DNA of 64,000 nt from Pelagomonas calceolata (Eukaryota). Where the stretch lies: contig CAKKNE010000001.1 of NCBI GenBank assembly GCA_918797485.1, positions 1,364,001-1,428,000 of the forward strand, read 5' to 3'. The notes beneath the pieces are model-generated. The model worked only from the letters and a program-made list of their open reading frames with translations. It was not told where the DNA came from and did no database searches. Positions within the stretch are counted from its first letter, which is position 1. Each line of letters opens with the position of its first letter. The position numbers were made by a program, and so were the translations under genes. This document shows, piece after piece, positions 13,374-25,163 of the stretch.

Positions 13374-13845
13374 CAATTCATATTCATAGGCGCGCGCGGG
13401 ATAGCGCCGTCGTAAATTCGTAGATATAGAATCGTGAACTCGGATTTTTTTTTAGTACTGGGCCCCTATAGATATATATATACCTCTATATATAATATCT
13501 GTCCTACAATCTCCCTAGGAATCATTTTGTGGTCAAGTGGGGAAGGGGAAAATAATTTTTTATACGTCCTTCTATGCGTTTCTTAGGGGAAATAGTAATT
13601 TCGATATATATATCGATATGCTTGCTAGTGTCTTACAGGCCGCTAGCCGCGGATACCGCCATCGCGCGGGCCCAGACGCCGCGCCCCGGGACGGTATCCC
13701 CTCGGACTGGCTCAGTTTATATATCAAAAAACAAAGCGGTCACGCCCGGATATCTAATACAGGCCCTGGCCCCTCTCAGTGCCGTAGTAGATAGATAATA
13801 TTAGATTACCACTCTCAGCAGATCGCCTCATACGCCATACGCCTC

Positions 13846-14649
13846 ATGTCCTCCCCTGTCTGCATAATGGCGGCGGGCGCGGCGATGCCGAACCCGGAAA
13901 ATGAAGTCCTGAGCCCGGCGCAAATGGCCGGCCTCATGATGTTCACGATGATCGGGAGCCTCGGCGGACCGCAGTCCGACGAGAGCTACTTGGACACGTT
14001 CGAGCGGGCGTTTGACGTTCACTGTCCCGCGCCGACGCTCGAGGAAGTCAAACGGGCGTATCTCTACGATTTTCCGGAGGACGCCGCCGAAGAGGAAATG
14101 AAGTACTGGCAGAAGATCTGGGCGCGCGTCGCGCGAGCCTTAGCACGCCGCCGCCGCCGGGAGGCGCGTCTACCTCTCCTGCTCTGCCGGCGCCGCTATT
14201 ATAAGGACGTCTACCAACGGCACCCGGAGTATGGTGTCGCCGACAAGATCATGCGCCTGGCGGACAAGCTGCCCGTTGACGAGCTCCGGAGCGTCGCGGC
14301 GCGGTTATTGGCGCTGGCCAATGCTAAGGAGTCGCCGAGTCCCCGCGACCCCATCGCGGAGGCCGCTGTCGTCACGGCTTTAGCGGCCGAGACGGACGAA
14401 TGGATCGAGGCCGAGCGGGCCGCCGCGGCGCTCCGCCCGCCCCCGCCGCCGCCGCCCGATCCGCTCGCGGGCGGCGTCCGCCTCGAGCCTGGTACTCAGG
14501 AATCCCGAGCTCTTATGGACAAGATGTTCGCAAGTTTTGGTCGAGCCGCCGACGCCCGCGACGCCGCGGCCCGAAACGTCATCGTCAAGCTCGCGCGACC
14601 GTTCTCCGGCGAGGAGGACCTCTTCAAGCACATGGTGTCGTTCCTGTAG
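13846..14649 (+). CDS. Hypothetical protein with C-terminal F-box/cullin-box-like tail
   Basis: 267-aa ORF with host-like codon usage, ending ..EEDLFKHMVSFL. Confidence 0.6.
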   Translation: MSSPVCIMAAGAAMPNPENEVLSPAQMAGLMMFTMIGSLGGPQSDESYLDTFERAFDVHCPAPTLEEVKRAYLYDFPEDAAEEEMKYWQKIWARVARALARRRRREARLPLLLCRRRYYKDVYQRHPEYGVADKIMRLADKLPVDELRSVAARLLALANAKESPSPRDPIAEAAVVTALAAETDEWIEAERAAAALRPPPPPPPDPLAGGVRLEPGTQESRALMDKMFASFGRAADARDAAARNVIVKLARPFSGEEDLFKHMVSFL

Positions 14650-14780
14650 AGATAGATAGAGTAGTCTTTCGCGTCTATGTACACGACCCCGTTTGGGCGC
14701 GCTCGACGCGGTCCGGGAGGGGATAGTGGGGGAGGGAATTTTGCGACCGCGGTGTGCGGGAGCAGCGCGCGAGCGCCGCC

Positions 14781-17328
14781 CTAAGGGAAGTAGTTCTTGT
14801 CGACGTTCGTGGTCTGGTCGAGGAAGAGCAGGTCCGTGTACGTGGGGAGCGTCCAGAGGTCCGCCGGGCACAGGCCCTCGGCGGCGTCGCACACCTCCCT
14901 GATATCGATCATGGTTTCGAGGCGCAGCGTGCGCGCGAGGTCCGCCTGCGGCTTGCCCGACGACGCATGAATTTCCTCGATGGCCTTGCCGAGCGTGTCG
15001 AGCGCGGCCTCGAGGGCCGCGACCTGGGGCAGCTCGGCCGCCTTGGCCGAGGGCAGGACGTGCTTGTTGATCATGTCCACCATGCACTTGGCCTCGATGT
15101 CGACGGTGCCAACGTAGTGGTCGAGGAGGATTTCCTGCGTGCACATCCACCGTTGGCGGGTTTGGTCGCGTCGATGGCGTGTTATGCGATAGTATGTCTC
15201 TCGTTGTTGCTGAGTCATGTGGCTTGGTCCACGCCAAGCCTCGAACGAACAGCACGCCATCGCCGCGGAAGTCACAGAAACCAACAGGACGCAGTAAACA
15301 CGCCTGGCGCGCCGCGCACTCGTTGGGCTTGAGCACGCCCATGGCCTCGAAGAGCGCCGTGTTCTTCGGGTCGCTGTAGCGGCAGATGGCGTCGACGCCC
15401 GAGTCGATGCGCCAGACACCACGCTTCGTCAGCATCTCCTGGTTGGCCTCGTCGTAGTTGTCGCCGTTGAAGACGACCTGTGGGAACCAACCAGTGAGTC
15501 GCGTGCTCCGCGCCATCCAAAACCACACTCTCCCTGCTCTCCGGACGCAAGCGACCATGGCCGCTGACCGAGAAGTTCGTCGAGCAGACGCCGTCGCGTC
15601 ACCTTGGGCACGTGCGTGTTGATGAGGTCCGCGGCGACGGCCTGGGCCGTCTCGCCGCCCTCGATGCGGTCCGCGACCTCCTTGAAGGCGTTGGCCGTGA
15701 TCGTGTTGAGCACCGTGTTCACGAGGGACACGTTCTGGGCCGAGCCGACGGCGCGGAACTCGAAGCGGTGGCCGCCGTAGGGGAAGGGCGACGTGCGGTT
15801 GCGGTCTTGCGCGGGGATCTCCATGTGGCGCATGCCCTCGACGCCCATGGAGAGGTCCTTGGTCTTGGGCTCGTACTTGCCGCCGCCCTTAGCGTAGGCC
15901 GTGAGGTACTCGGTCATGTCGTCGCCCAGGTAGGTGGACACGATGGCCGGCGGCGCCTCGCAGGCGCCGAGGCGGAAGTCGTTGCCCGGGCTCGAGATCG
16001 CCATGCGCATCAAGTCGCCGTGCTTGTCGATGGCCGAGACGATGGCGGCCATGATCGTCGGGAAGGCGTCGTCGCCCGCAGCCTTGGTGATCTGGCCGAT
16101 GTTGAGGAGGTTGACGCCGTCGTGCGTGCCGATGGACCAGTTGTTGTGCTTGCCGGACCCGTTGATGTTGTTGAAGGGCTTCTCCTGGAGGAGGGCGGCC
16201 AATCCATACTGGGCCGCGGTCTCCTCGATGATCTGCATCACGACCTGTGTGGAATCATACAATCACGAAACTGTCTCTGCTCATTCGCGAGACGCGTGGA
16301 CTCTCTCACGGCCACGTCGACGGCGTCGCGGCGCCGCGACCACGTCAAGTTCAACTTCAATGAAGACGCTGAATCACTACCAAGTTCTGGTCGATCTGCG
16401 TCGTGGCCGTGCCGAACAAGGGCGCGAACTCGTACTGGTTCGGCGCGACCTCGCGGTGGCGCGTGCGGAGCGGGATGCCGAGGCGGAAGCACTGGGCCTG
16501 GATCTCCTGCATGCACGCGAGCGCCGCGGTGGCGTGGCTGGGGGCGGCCATGTAGTGGTCGCACATCTCCTGGCCGCGCGGCGCGTCGGCGCCCATGATC
16601 GTGCGGCCCGCGAGCATGAGGTCCTGGCGCTCCGTGTACTTGTCGCGCGGGATGAGGAAGATCTCCTGCTCGAGGCCGATGTTCGACCCGAGGCCCGTCG
16701 CCTCATACCCCAAAAGCTTGAGGAGGCGCACGCCCTCGCGGTTGAGGGCGTCGACCGAGCGGAGGAGCGGCGTCTTCTCGTCGAGCGCGTCGCCGAAGAA
16801 GGAGACGAGGCACGACGGGATGAAGATCGTGTCGCCCCGCAGGTAGATCGGCGACGACGAGTCGACCTGGACGTAGCCGCTCGCGCAGTGCGTGCCGCGG
16901 AGGCCGCCCGACGGGTACGAAGACCCGTCCGTCTCGCCCTGGATGAGGTCCTTGCCCTTGAGGTCCCAGACGGGAACGCCGTCGTTGTCGAACTTGAAGA
17001 AGGCGTTCTGGACCATGCCCACGAGGCCGTGGCGCACGCCGCTGGCGCCCTGGGGCTGGAACGCGTGCGTGAAGGTGGTCGCGTCGTTCTCCGTCGCCCA
17101 CTCGAGGACGGCCGCCGCGACCTTGTCGGCCATGGCCGCGTCCTTGGTCCACTCGGCGTTGCTGAGGGTGGCGGCGCTCAAGCCCTGCTTCGCGAGGTAG
17201 GGCTCGGCGGTCGCGCCCTTGAAGACGTGGTCGCCGTAGCCCTCGAGGAGGCCCGAGACGGCGCGCGCGTTCGCGCGGAGCGCCGGCTGCGCCGTCGCCT
17301 TGAGCGTCTTGGCTAACGCGGCGCGCAT
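14781..17328 (-). CDS. GSIII: Glutamine synthetase type III, 4 exons (introns 16245-16380, 15478-15602, 15135-15303), probable mitochondrial presequence
   Basis: Motifs QGETDGSSYPSGGLR, GLEQEIFL, HREVAPNQYEFAP, EKPFNNINGSGKHNNWS, NDFRLGACEAPP, DRNRTSPF, FEFRAVGS and W.LPTY..LLF. Splicing at the stated sites joins the frames. The N-terminus is Arg/Ala-rich and lacks acidic residues. Confidence 0.95.
15135..15303 (-). mobile_element. GC-AG intron with introner core
   Basis: CAG|GCGTGT...ACGCCATCGACGCG...CACGCAG|GAA; removal restores ECAARQ|EILLDHY. Confidence 0.8.
15478..15602 (-). mobile_element. GT-AG intron with degenerate introner terminus
   Basis: Ends GACTCACTGGTTGGTTCCCACAG, resembling the intact terminus ACTCACTGGTTGATTTCCACACAG; removal restores HVPK|VVFNGDNY. 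Confidence 0.8.
16245..16380 (-). mobile_element. GT-AG intron, introner subfamily B (related to 34560-34724 and 47314-47429)
   Basis: Shares GA(T/C)TCAGCGTCT near the 5' end, and AGAGAGTCYACGCGTCTCG...GAGACAGTTTCG...TTCCACACAG with 34560-34724. Confidence 0.85.
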
Positions 17329-18130
17329 GGTTTCTTATTGACCTGCGGGCGGCGGCGGTTCGATGCAGCAAATGGCTGCGATGTCGTGCGGCGGCGGATA
17401 AGCGCGCGTCTTGCGGTTATGCGTGCCGGGGCCGCGGCGGCGGCGTCTCTTGCAGCGATGGCGTTACGACAGCTGCTGAGATGCAGCGGTTGCTCCGCTT
17501 TGCGGCCGAATGGACGCCCTGGTCAGAGATATCCCGACTTCCGATTGTTGCATGCGCAGAGCTTGCAGCTTCGCTCCGACGTGGTGGGAGTGCTGGTCGG
17601 GCTTCAGTACGCTTATCAATCGTCTGGACGCAGCACGCTAACCTTAATGTAACCCCTGTTTTACAAGCTGAGGCTGTGCGTCGCGAGGCATGGAGGCACG
17701 GCGACTGGGAGAGCAGATTTCGTCCAGCGGCCCGGGGAAGGACTCTTCGCACTTCTTAAGGAGCCGCTGCAGTCTTGCGGCCAGCCCTGCGGGAGGTTTA
17801 ACTTCGAGGTGCAAGGTCCGCCTCCACAGGTCCACTGGCGCCCCGAGGGCTCGGTGGCGCGTCCTGAGCTCGGAAGGGACCCCGACGTGACGCCCGATCA
17901 ACACTGCGAGGAATGGGGGGGGGCTACTTCGGGATCGCGGCGCGGCGCGTCCATGGCGTTTCAATCACTTCTCTTACTCCAGTCAGACGGCTCACTTCCC
18001 GAGCCCCGCGTACGGCGAGGCGTGCGACGGAGACTTTGCGACAGCTCCGCGCGGCGGCAGCGGCGGCGGCGCCTTCTCGCCGTTCTCCGTCGTCGTCGCC
18101 GTCGGCCCGTCGCGCGGCGGCAGGTCCGGC

Positions 18131-18226
18131 CTGTGTGGAAGTCAAATCTCGGGCGCCCCACGCCATCGACGCGATGTCATCTCCGTAGCTGCGTCTGCTC
18201 GATGGCGTGGAGGTAGCCTGACACAG
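18131..18226. mobile_element. 96-bp introner/MITE with 8-bp TSD outside any confident CDS
   Basis: Termini CTGTGT...ACACAG, TSD GGTCCGGC at 18123-18130 and 18227-18234, internal ACGCCATCGA/TCGATGGCGT inverted repeat. Confidence 0.85.
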
Positions 18227-18783
18227 GGTCCGGCGGGCAAAGGCGGCAATTGGGCTGAGGTTGCCGACGACGTGCGACCACGTATTTCGCATGTCTTGGC
18301 CCACGCGCGAGGCGCTCGTCGGGCGGCGGTATTTTATAACCATGCTCGCGTTCGAGAACGGGCGTCGCGACCAGTGGCTGGGGCGTAAAAGTCGGGCGTA
18401 ACTTTTTGCCGGAATATTGCCCTGCTCTAGCCCTGCTAACTATTAAGCTCGGTTACTCGTGGCGCGATCGGTGTTCCAGACTGAGTCCTCGAGTAAAGGA
18501 CTGATGAACTTTTCCTGGTCGTGCGCGGTGAGGCGCGGCCGAGCAGGAATGCGATTAGTGGCTGAACTAGTGTATCAACACACTAGAGCTCTGCCGAGAC
18601 TTTTGGGTCAACGCTGCGTACAGAGCTTTAGGCGCGCTGCACAGGCGTGCAGACGTCTCTGCCATCGACAGTGACTGCTCGGTTCCGGCACTTCTCCTTG
18701 ATTGCATCCGTGCGAGCCACTGCAGCCATTTGCAATCGAGAGGGACTCGAGCAGCCACTGCATCCCTACGCCCCGAAAAAAGT

Positions 18784-20717
18784 ATGGCAACCTTCCAGGG
18801 AGGTGCCGGCAGTGATGCCGCACCGCTCGTGCTTGAAATCATCAAACTAACAAACCTACCCAAGCGGGAACACGACCGCACGCGCTGCCCCTTCGTCCGC
18901 GTGCACCTCGAGCCGGCCGACGCGCCGCCGCCGCTGCCGCCGCGGTCGCCGGAAGTGAGCCCGAAGGACCTGGCCAAGCTCATGGCCCAGAAGTCGCTGT
19001 CCGAGGCGGACGCCGCCCGCGTCAAGGACGCGCTCGCGACCGGGGCACAACCAGCACCGGAAGAGCAAAAGAAGGGCCGCTGGTCGCGCACGCGCGCCGC
19101 CGCCGCCGCGCTGCAAAAGAAGGCGTCGTCGACGACGTCCGCTTTACGAGCGCGGGCCAAGGAGCACCTCGACGAGACGCGCGCGCCACCAAACGCGCCC
19201 GGGTCTACGGAACCGCTCGAGACGTCCCACCGCCTGAACACTCTGGAACCGCAGTTCTTCTCATTTTTGAGAGTTGCCGAGCGCTGTACGCGAGACGACG
19301 TCGTCGTATTAAGGGTCCACGACGCGGCGGCCACAAGGACGAAATACCTGGGCGAGGCGCGCGTGCCCGTCGGCTTCCTCTCCTCCTCTACTACGCCCTT
19401 CGCTGTTGAATTAGCGGCCGAGAAGCACCGCTCAAATGACGCGTGCGAGATCTATGTGAGGCGCGTGCCCGTTTCAAAAGGGCCGCCGCGGACCGTGTCG
19501 CTCATCCTCGTGCGGCACGGCGAGAGCCGTTCGTATCCGTGTGGACATCAAAGTTCGGATGCTGCTCGATGGCGTGGAGGTTCTACGCCATCGACGCGAC
19601 GTCGGCCCCGTAACTGCACCTGCTCGATGGCGTGGAGGTTCACGAAGGTCGATTCCACGCAGGCTGGAACGAGGCCAAGTCCGACGCGAACTACTCGGCC
19701 ATGGTTTCGAAGAGGGACCACCCCCTGACGCCGCAGGGCGTCGCACAGGCGAGGGCACTGAACGATAAGTGGCGGCGAGCCTTGGGGCGGGACTTTGGGG
19801 AACGACCCCTGCCGTTTCTTGAGCTGGATGATTCGGGCTACCTCGGCGACAAGGGTGATGCCGAACGATTAGAAAGGGTCGATGTAGTGTGGGCCTCGCC
19901 CTTGACCAGGGCCCTGCAGACGGCCCTTGTTGGATTCCACGGCTTCCCTCCCCTGAGAAGTTTGGCGCTGCACGCGTCCTGCCGCGAAGTCAAAAACGTC
20001 GGCGGCTTTGACAGCGTTGGATTGGAGACTGGGTCGTACAGCATCCTCCAGCGGTGCGAGAAGAAGCTCGCCGAGGCCGTCGAGTCCCAAGAGGCGGCCT
20101 CTACTATATGTAGTGGCCTGGCTTGTGACGCCCGCGACGCCGCGGGCGAGTGGTGGCTGCCGTCCGAACGGCGCGAAGGCAAAAGAGCAGTAGACCGGCG
20201 AGCCGCCGAGTTTTTGAGGGAGGTCCAGTACGAGACGCTCGAGGGTCATTGTCAGGCACCGCTCGTCGTGTCGCACTCGCACTTCATCCGAGGGCTGTTT
20301 AAGAGATATAGGGACGCCGCGGACGTGACCACGAAACCGTTCTCCGTAAAAAAGCTGGCGAACTGCGGCGTCGTGGCCGTGGACGTCGTTTTTGACGACG
20401 CCGCTGGTGGGGCACCCTCAATGCGGAACCCGCGACTCTTGTTCGGCTCGGCGCTCGAAGGCGACGGCGAGTCCGACGAGTCGTCGGAGGACGAATCCGG
20501 GTCGAGGTTGGAGCGGGCGAAGAACTTCGGGAGCGGGGTCTTGTCCTCGATCGAGAAGCGCGTGCGGCCGGCGCGGAGCTACGCGAACACGCCGGACACT
20601 GGTAGCGTGGACCTCCTTGGCCTGGATGGGCCGCTGTTCGCGCCGCCGGTGGCGCCGCCGCCCTGCCCGCCGCGCGCGGCGCCGTCCTTCGAGGAGGGGG
20701 ACGGGTCGCTTATTTAG
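18784..20717 (+). CDS. C2-like domain + histidine phosphatase (PGAM-like) protein; intron 19529-19662
   Basis: Splicing restores LVRHGES|RWN. Further phosphatase motifs DHPLT..G..QA, SPLTRALQTA and VVSHSHFI. C2-like strands (LRVHD...YLGEARVPV). Confidence 0.85.
19529..19662 (+). mobile_element. GT-AG introner-derived intron
   Basis: CCGTGTGGACATC...GATTCCACGCAG with two TGCTCGATGGCGTGGAGGTTC copies; lies next to the RHG catalytic motif. Confidence 0.85.
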
Positions 20718-20784
20718 GTTAAAGTTGTCTATTTGTTGGATTTGCTGATCCTACTAAATGTGTTGACTCGGACACATCATCTTC

Positions 20785-21651
20785 TTACATTTCGACATAC
20801 AAATCCCCCTTGTCCCGGAGTTCTTGGGGTGTCATGGGGACAGATGAGGGTGTAGGCGGGGACAGGCGGGGCGACGCGCAGGAGACGAGACATTGCGGCG
20901 GACCCTGTGATGTCTCCTCTGGAAACTCGTCGACCTGAATTTGGACCCCATGTTGCCGCCAGTGCTGTGCGCCAGAAGAGGGAAATCGCACGCAGGGACC
21001 GACGCGTCCGTTAAGGTAAAACGTGCAGCACCCACGAGTCATATCAATGAGCAGGCCGAAAATAACTGGTTCGGTTATCCAGGTCCAGCAGTTGTCGAAA
21101 TTTCTCACTGCCAGACGCTGAGTCATGTCATCATACGGTAGCAAATGAGCGGTATTGGTTTCTGGGATAGTGCTGTCATCACAAGTGAGCGCAAGACGAA
21201 ACTCTTGGCCTAATCCCGCGAGCTGCACGCCCGTACCGTACCATGCGCAGTTTAATGTCACCTCGACATAGGTCACGCCCCGGCGAATCGGGCGAGAAAC
21301 GGTGAGTCCTAAATATTGACCAAAAGGTGCGTCGAGTAAAGGCATGACATCGACCTCGACCGCCTCTCGCCCGTCGGCGTCGGTGTCGATCCATGGGTGC
21401 GACCAGCTAGCGCGGTACGCGGGACTGTACGCAAACTGCGCCACGCGTAGCACCATCTCTCGCGGGAGATGGCGCAGCGGGTTGCCGGGTAGCAGCCGCG
21501 GCAGCGTCGCAATGCCAAGGAACGCGTAAATCGCCTCCGACGGCATCGGAGGGTCCACCCACCGCGTGACTGGTATCGACATTGCTTCGCTGTCCAATAT
21601 TTGTTGCGCAATCGCAATCAATGCGCTCGGTACGATCCCTGCGCGACCCAA
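20785..21651 (-). CDS. F-box-like + SPRY-like protein (start uncertain)
   Basis: LRHLPREMVLRVAQF and IFGLLIDMTRGCCTFYLNG; lower GC than neighbours. Confidence 0.55.
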   Translation of the reverse strand: MGRAGIVPSALIAIAQQILDSEAMSIPVTRWVDPPMPSEAIYAFLGIATLPRLLPGNPLRHLPREMVLRVAQFAYSPAYRASWSHPWIDTDADGREAVEVDVMPLLDAPFGQYLGLTVSRPIRRGVTYVEVTLNCAWYGTGVQLAGLGQEFRLALTCDDSTIPETNTAHLLPYDDMTQRLAVRNFDNCWTWITEPVIFGLLIDMTRGCCTFYLNGRVGPCVRFPSSGAQHWRQHGVQIQVDEFPEETSQGPPQCLVSCASPRLSPPTPSSVPMTPQELRDKGDLYVEM

Positions 21652-21760
21652 CCCACCCAGCGTATCAAAGGCACTAGGACTGTCTATCGACTGTCTTAAA
21701 GGTGCCCTTGATGACTCCGATTTGACTTGGCGTCCCCTCCTTTAGGCTTTACGGCGAAAT

Positions 21761-21814
21761 TACGCCATCGACGCGACGTGTTGCCTTCAAGTTGCGACTC
21801 GCGTCGATGGCGTA
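21761..21814. repeat. Perfect 16-bp inverted repeat of the introner core
   Basis: TACGCCATCGACGCGA (21761-21776) / TCGCGTCGATGGCGTA (21799-21814). Confidence 0.85.
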
Positions 21815-21872
21815 TACTAGTAATTCATTACTTGTTAGTCCCCCCAGGCCGGAAAAGGGGAGAGGATACCGC

Positions 21873-22598
21873 CTACTTCCGCGCCCGCTCATACTCACGA
21901 ACAGCAGCCACAGCTTCCCGGTCGGCCTTGTCCGCGTCGACCCTCTCGATATCGCGCTGCTCCCTTTTGAGTTTGTTGATGTAGCGCTCGTTGTCCGGCT
22001 CCGCCTTCAGCAGCTGCGCCATCTGGACCTCGAAGGCCTTGAGACACAGCGCTTTCAGTTCGGCCGAAGGCTTCTTGTAGAAATTGAGAAAACAAGGAGA
22101 AGTAGCATGGTCCCGGTGATCTTGGACCTTGCCGAAGCGCTCGTCGCCTTCGAGCGTGCAGATGTGGACGCCCGGGAAAGCTACTAGACTCTCAAATCCT
22201 GCCTCGGGTTCCTTGTCAATAGCTTGGGGAGCGGGCCAGTCGTAGGCGTACCACCACCTTCTTAAAAATTCCTGGAGGAGCTTGCCGCGTAACGTGCCAT
22301 AGAACGCCTGCTCCGCTTCCCCGCCCTTTTGCTTCTTGGACCGCGCGGTAGCGGTCGGCGCCTTGCGAGAAGCAGGCTTGCGCGCAGGAGACTTCTTTGC
22401 TGAACCGGCGGACTTCTTCCGGGCCAGCGTCGCGAGGGGCACGTCGTCCGAGTCGTCCGAGTCGTCGCGGTCGAAGTCGAACTCCTCCTCGCCGGAGTCG
22501 TCGCCGGACGAACTCTCGACGACGCGTTTCTTGGGCGCCGAGCGCCGCCTAGGAGCTGGTTTTCTTTTAGCGATGGGCTCGTCGCTGTCCGACGAGTC

Positions 22599-22633
<35 letters not shown>

Positions 22634-22907
22634 TGCTGCTGCTCGACGGCGGCGGCGGCGGTCGTTTTTTCGCCGGCGCCTTCTTCGGCGGCGCGGCTTT
22701 TTTTTGTGGTTGGAGCTTGGACAGCGGCACGTCGTCGTCGGACGAGTCGCTGCTGGAGCCGCCGCCCGTCGGCGGCGGCGGCGGCGGCTTTGGCGGCGGC
22801 GCGTCCGCCATCGCCGCGTCGCCGTCGCCGTCGCGCGCCTCCCTGGAGGAACTCTGCGCCTGCATCTGCGCGAGCGGCACGTCGTCGTCGCTGTCGGAGC
22901 TCGACAT
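21873..22907 (-). CDS. Uncharacterised, probably nuclear protein with repeated SDDDVPL motifs and a globular C-terminal domain
   Basis: Acidic/basic low-complexity N-terminus with about four DD(V/E)P(L/I) repeats; C-terminal LRRWWYA.DWP...FPGVHI...PCFLNF. Confidence 0.8.
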
Positions 22908-23390
22908 CTTTTGTTGTTTGCTCCGCGGCGGCCGCTGCGCGCGCTGGAGCCTTGGGTCTAGGCTGGGGCCTGGCTGGGCCAAACGAGTGCGCGTGCGTTC
23001 GCGGAGTGATTGCTGTGGTTGTTGAGCTTGTCTCTGCGCTATCGCGCCCAGCGACCTGGTCCTTACCTCGCAAAAGCCCTTAATTAGGTCGGCGGCGATT
23101 TGGCTTAAGGCCATTTTACCTACTAGCACTCACGGGTTTTCTCACGAACGAACCACTCCTTGAACGTGTGAGGAAGTCTACAGCCGTCCTCTGAGCCCCC
23201 AGTCTTCGACAAAATGCCAGTGCGGCCGTCGCTGCAGCGCGTCTCAGCGCTCTGCTTGCTGCCCTCTCACCGAGCACAGGACGCGGCGCAGGCGGCCAGC
23301 TACACGCCATCGACGCCGCGCATAGGCTACACGCCATCGACGCGACGCATATATATATACATCATCAGCTAGAGGCTGCCCCGCGACAGC

Positions 23391-24101
23391 ATGGACATGG
23401 CCAGCCTCGCGGCCACGCGCCTCACGGCACAAGCCGAGGCCCTGGCGGCCTTCTACGAGACAAGGGCAGCACTGCGGCGCGCCGGCGCCCGCGGCGACCT
23501 CGCGCGGCCCCAGCGGAGATACGACCCGCAGCCGCGCTGGGCGGCGCAAGCTCAATACTTTTCGGGGCTCTACCGCGAGGTGCGCTGCCTCACTACAAAC
23601 GGTGATGATGATGATGAAGATGACGTGAGCGACGACGGCGGGGATTCAGGCAAAGTCCTCTCTGATGAAGAAGTTCGCTTCGAGCCGCATCCCCATCCTC
23701 AAAAACGCTACGACCCTGTAGATATGCAGCCGCGCCTCGAGTTGTTGTTTGAGGAGGCCCTCGTGCCGCACCGCGACCGCGACCTCTTCCTGTCCGAGTG
23801 GAAGCGGGGGCGCGTCGACGACCAGGCGCTCTCCGATCACATCAAGGGATTGGTCATGCGGCGCGCGCACCTCCGGGAGATCATGGCGGCGCTGCGCGCG
23901 GCGCGCGAAAAGCAGCCGCCCGCTCCGGCCCCGGACCCGGAACCGCCCAAGGCCCTGGTGGAAGTGGAGCCGTCGACGCACGTCGCCGGCGTGCTCGACC
24001 CGTCGCGGTCGCGCTTCTTCCCGCGCGCGCCGCCGCTGCCGGGCTGCGTACCGGTGAAACGAAAAGAAAGGCGGTTGGGGGTGTCTGCTAAGTTTACGTG
24101 A
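23391..24101 (+). CDS. Hypothetical protein
   Basis: 236-aa ATG ORF with host-like codon bias. Confidence 0.55.
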   Translation: MDMASLAATRLTAQAEALAAFYETRAALRRAGARGDLARPQRRYDPQPRWAAQAQYFSGLYREVRCLTTNGDDDDEDDVSDDGGDSGKVLSDEEVRFEPHPHPQKRYDPVDMQPRLELLFEEALVPHRDRDLFLSEWKRGRVDDQALSDHIKGLVMRRAHLREIMAALRAAREKQPPAPAPDPEPPKALVEVEPSTHVAGVLDPSRSRFFPRAPPLPGCVPVKRKERRLGVSAKFT

Positions 24102-24299
24102 TTGACCTCTTCCCGTCTTCCCGCGCCCCGGGCGGGGCCGTGCGGGTATGCAAGCTTCTGAATCCGGCGCTGCGGGCTCTCAGCAGGCTCTCAGCACTCA
24201 CAGCAAGCTAAAACACACCGCACGGACAACCGAACACGTCGGACCGGCAGCCCTACGCTCGCGAACACCGACGCAGGGCCGAAAAAACGCTGCCCCATA

Positions 24300-25052
24300 A
24301 TGGCAGAGTCCACCAAGGAGCTCACGGACGAGGGCGCCAAAGTCACGACGACCGTAGAAGGCAGCGATGCGACCGCGGCGGCGCCCGCCGAGCCGGCTGG
24401 CAAGAAGGGCTACTGGATTATTCATATTTTGGCCATAAAAGATGAGCAAAAGTTCTTCGCGCACCTGTCGCTGGCCAACTCCAAGACGAAATACGGCGGC
24501 AAAACGCGCATCTTCGCGCCCGTGAAGGCGACGCTGAAAGGAGACCCGGTCGCATACTGCGCGGTGATCGAATTCCCGTCGGTTCAGGCTGCGATCGACT
24601 GCTGGGACGACGAGTCGGACTACGCCGAGGCCCGGGCGCTGCTGGGCGATCCCGAGACGGACGTCGTGGACCGCCGCGTCTGTGTCATCGAGGCTGACTC
24701 GCTGCCCGAGCTCAAGCCCGGCCAGGGCTTCTGGATCAACCACGTCCACGCCGTAAAAATTCAAGATCAGTTCATGGCCTACGCGGGTCAGTCGATCCCG
24801 CTTTTCTCGTCGGCGACGATGGGCCCGGTCGTCCACCAGCACGTCGGCGCGGGAGCCACTTCGTACACCGTCGCCTTCGCCGCGCTGTTCGGGCTCGAGT
24901 CCGCCCAGGCCGGCCTAGACATGCCGGCGAGCGACGCCTACACGGCCGCAAAGGCGGCAGGCGGCATGGCCGAGGGCGAGGACGACGTCGTCGACCGCAC
25001 GGTATGCGTGATAGAGTATGATCAGCAGTACGACCAGCTCGCCGCGAAGTAG
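24300..25052 (+). CDS. Tandem DUF1330-like (dimeric alpha-beta barrel) protein
   Basis: GYWI..I.D..F...KYGG...VIEFPS..AA..W...Y..AR; the two halves both end DVVDR.VCVIE. Confidence 0.8.
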   Translation: MAESTKELTDEGAKVTTTVEGSDATAAAPAEPAGKKGYWIIHILAIKDEQKFFAHLSLANSKTKYGGKTRIFAPVKATLKGDPVAYCAVIEFPSVQAAIDCWDDESDYAEARALLGDPETDVVDRRVCVIEADSLPELKPGQGFWINHVHAVKIQDQFMAYAGQSIPLFSSATMGPVVHQHVGAGATSYTVAFAALFGLESAQAGLDMPASDAYTAAKAAGGMAEGEDDVVDRTVCVIEYDQQYDQLAAK

Positions 25053-25163
25053 CTTTCCGCATTGATCGCTCTCCACTGGCACGTCTAATCTAACTCATAT
25101 TACTACGAGCTTGTCGACGCTCCCTCCCGTTTTTTTTCGCGAGCTAATTTGCCGCCGTACTTA

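Noticed and set aside
15612..17316. Long + strand ORFs (328 and 460 aa) overlapping GSIII, and similar shadow ORFs elsewhere
   Set aside because: Antisense shadows caused by high GC3 codon usage of the real gene.
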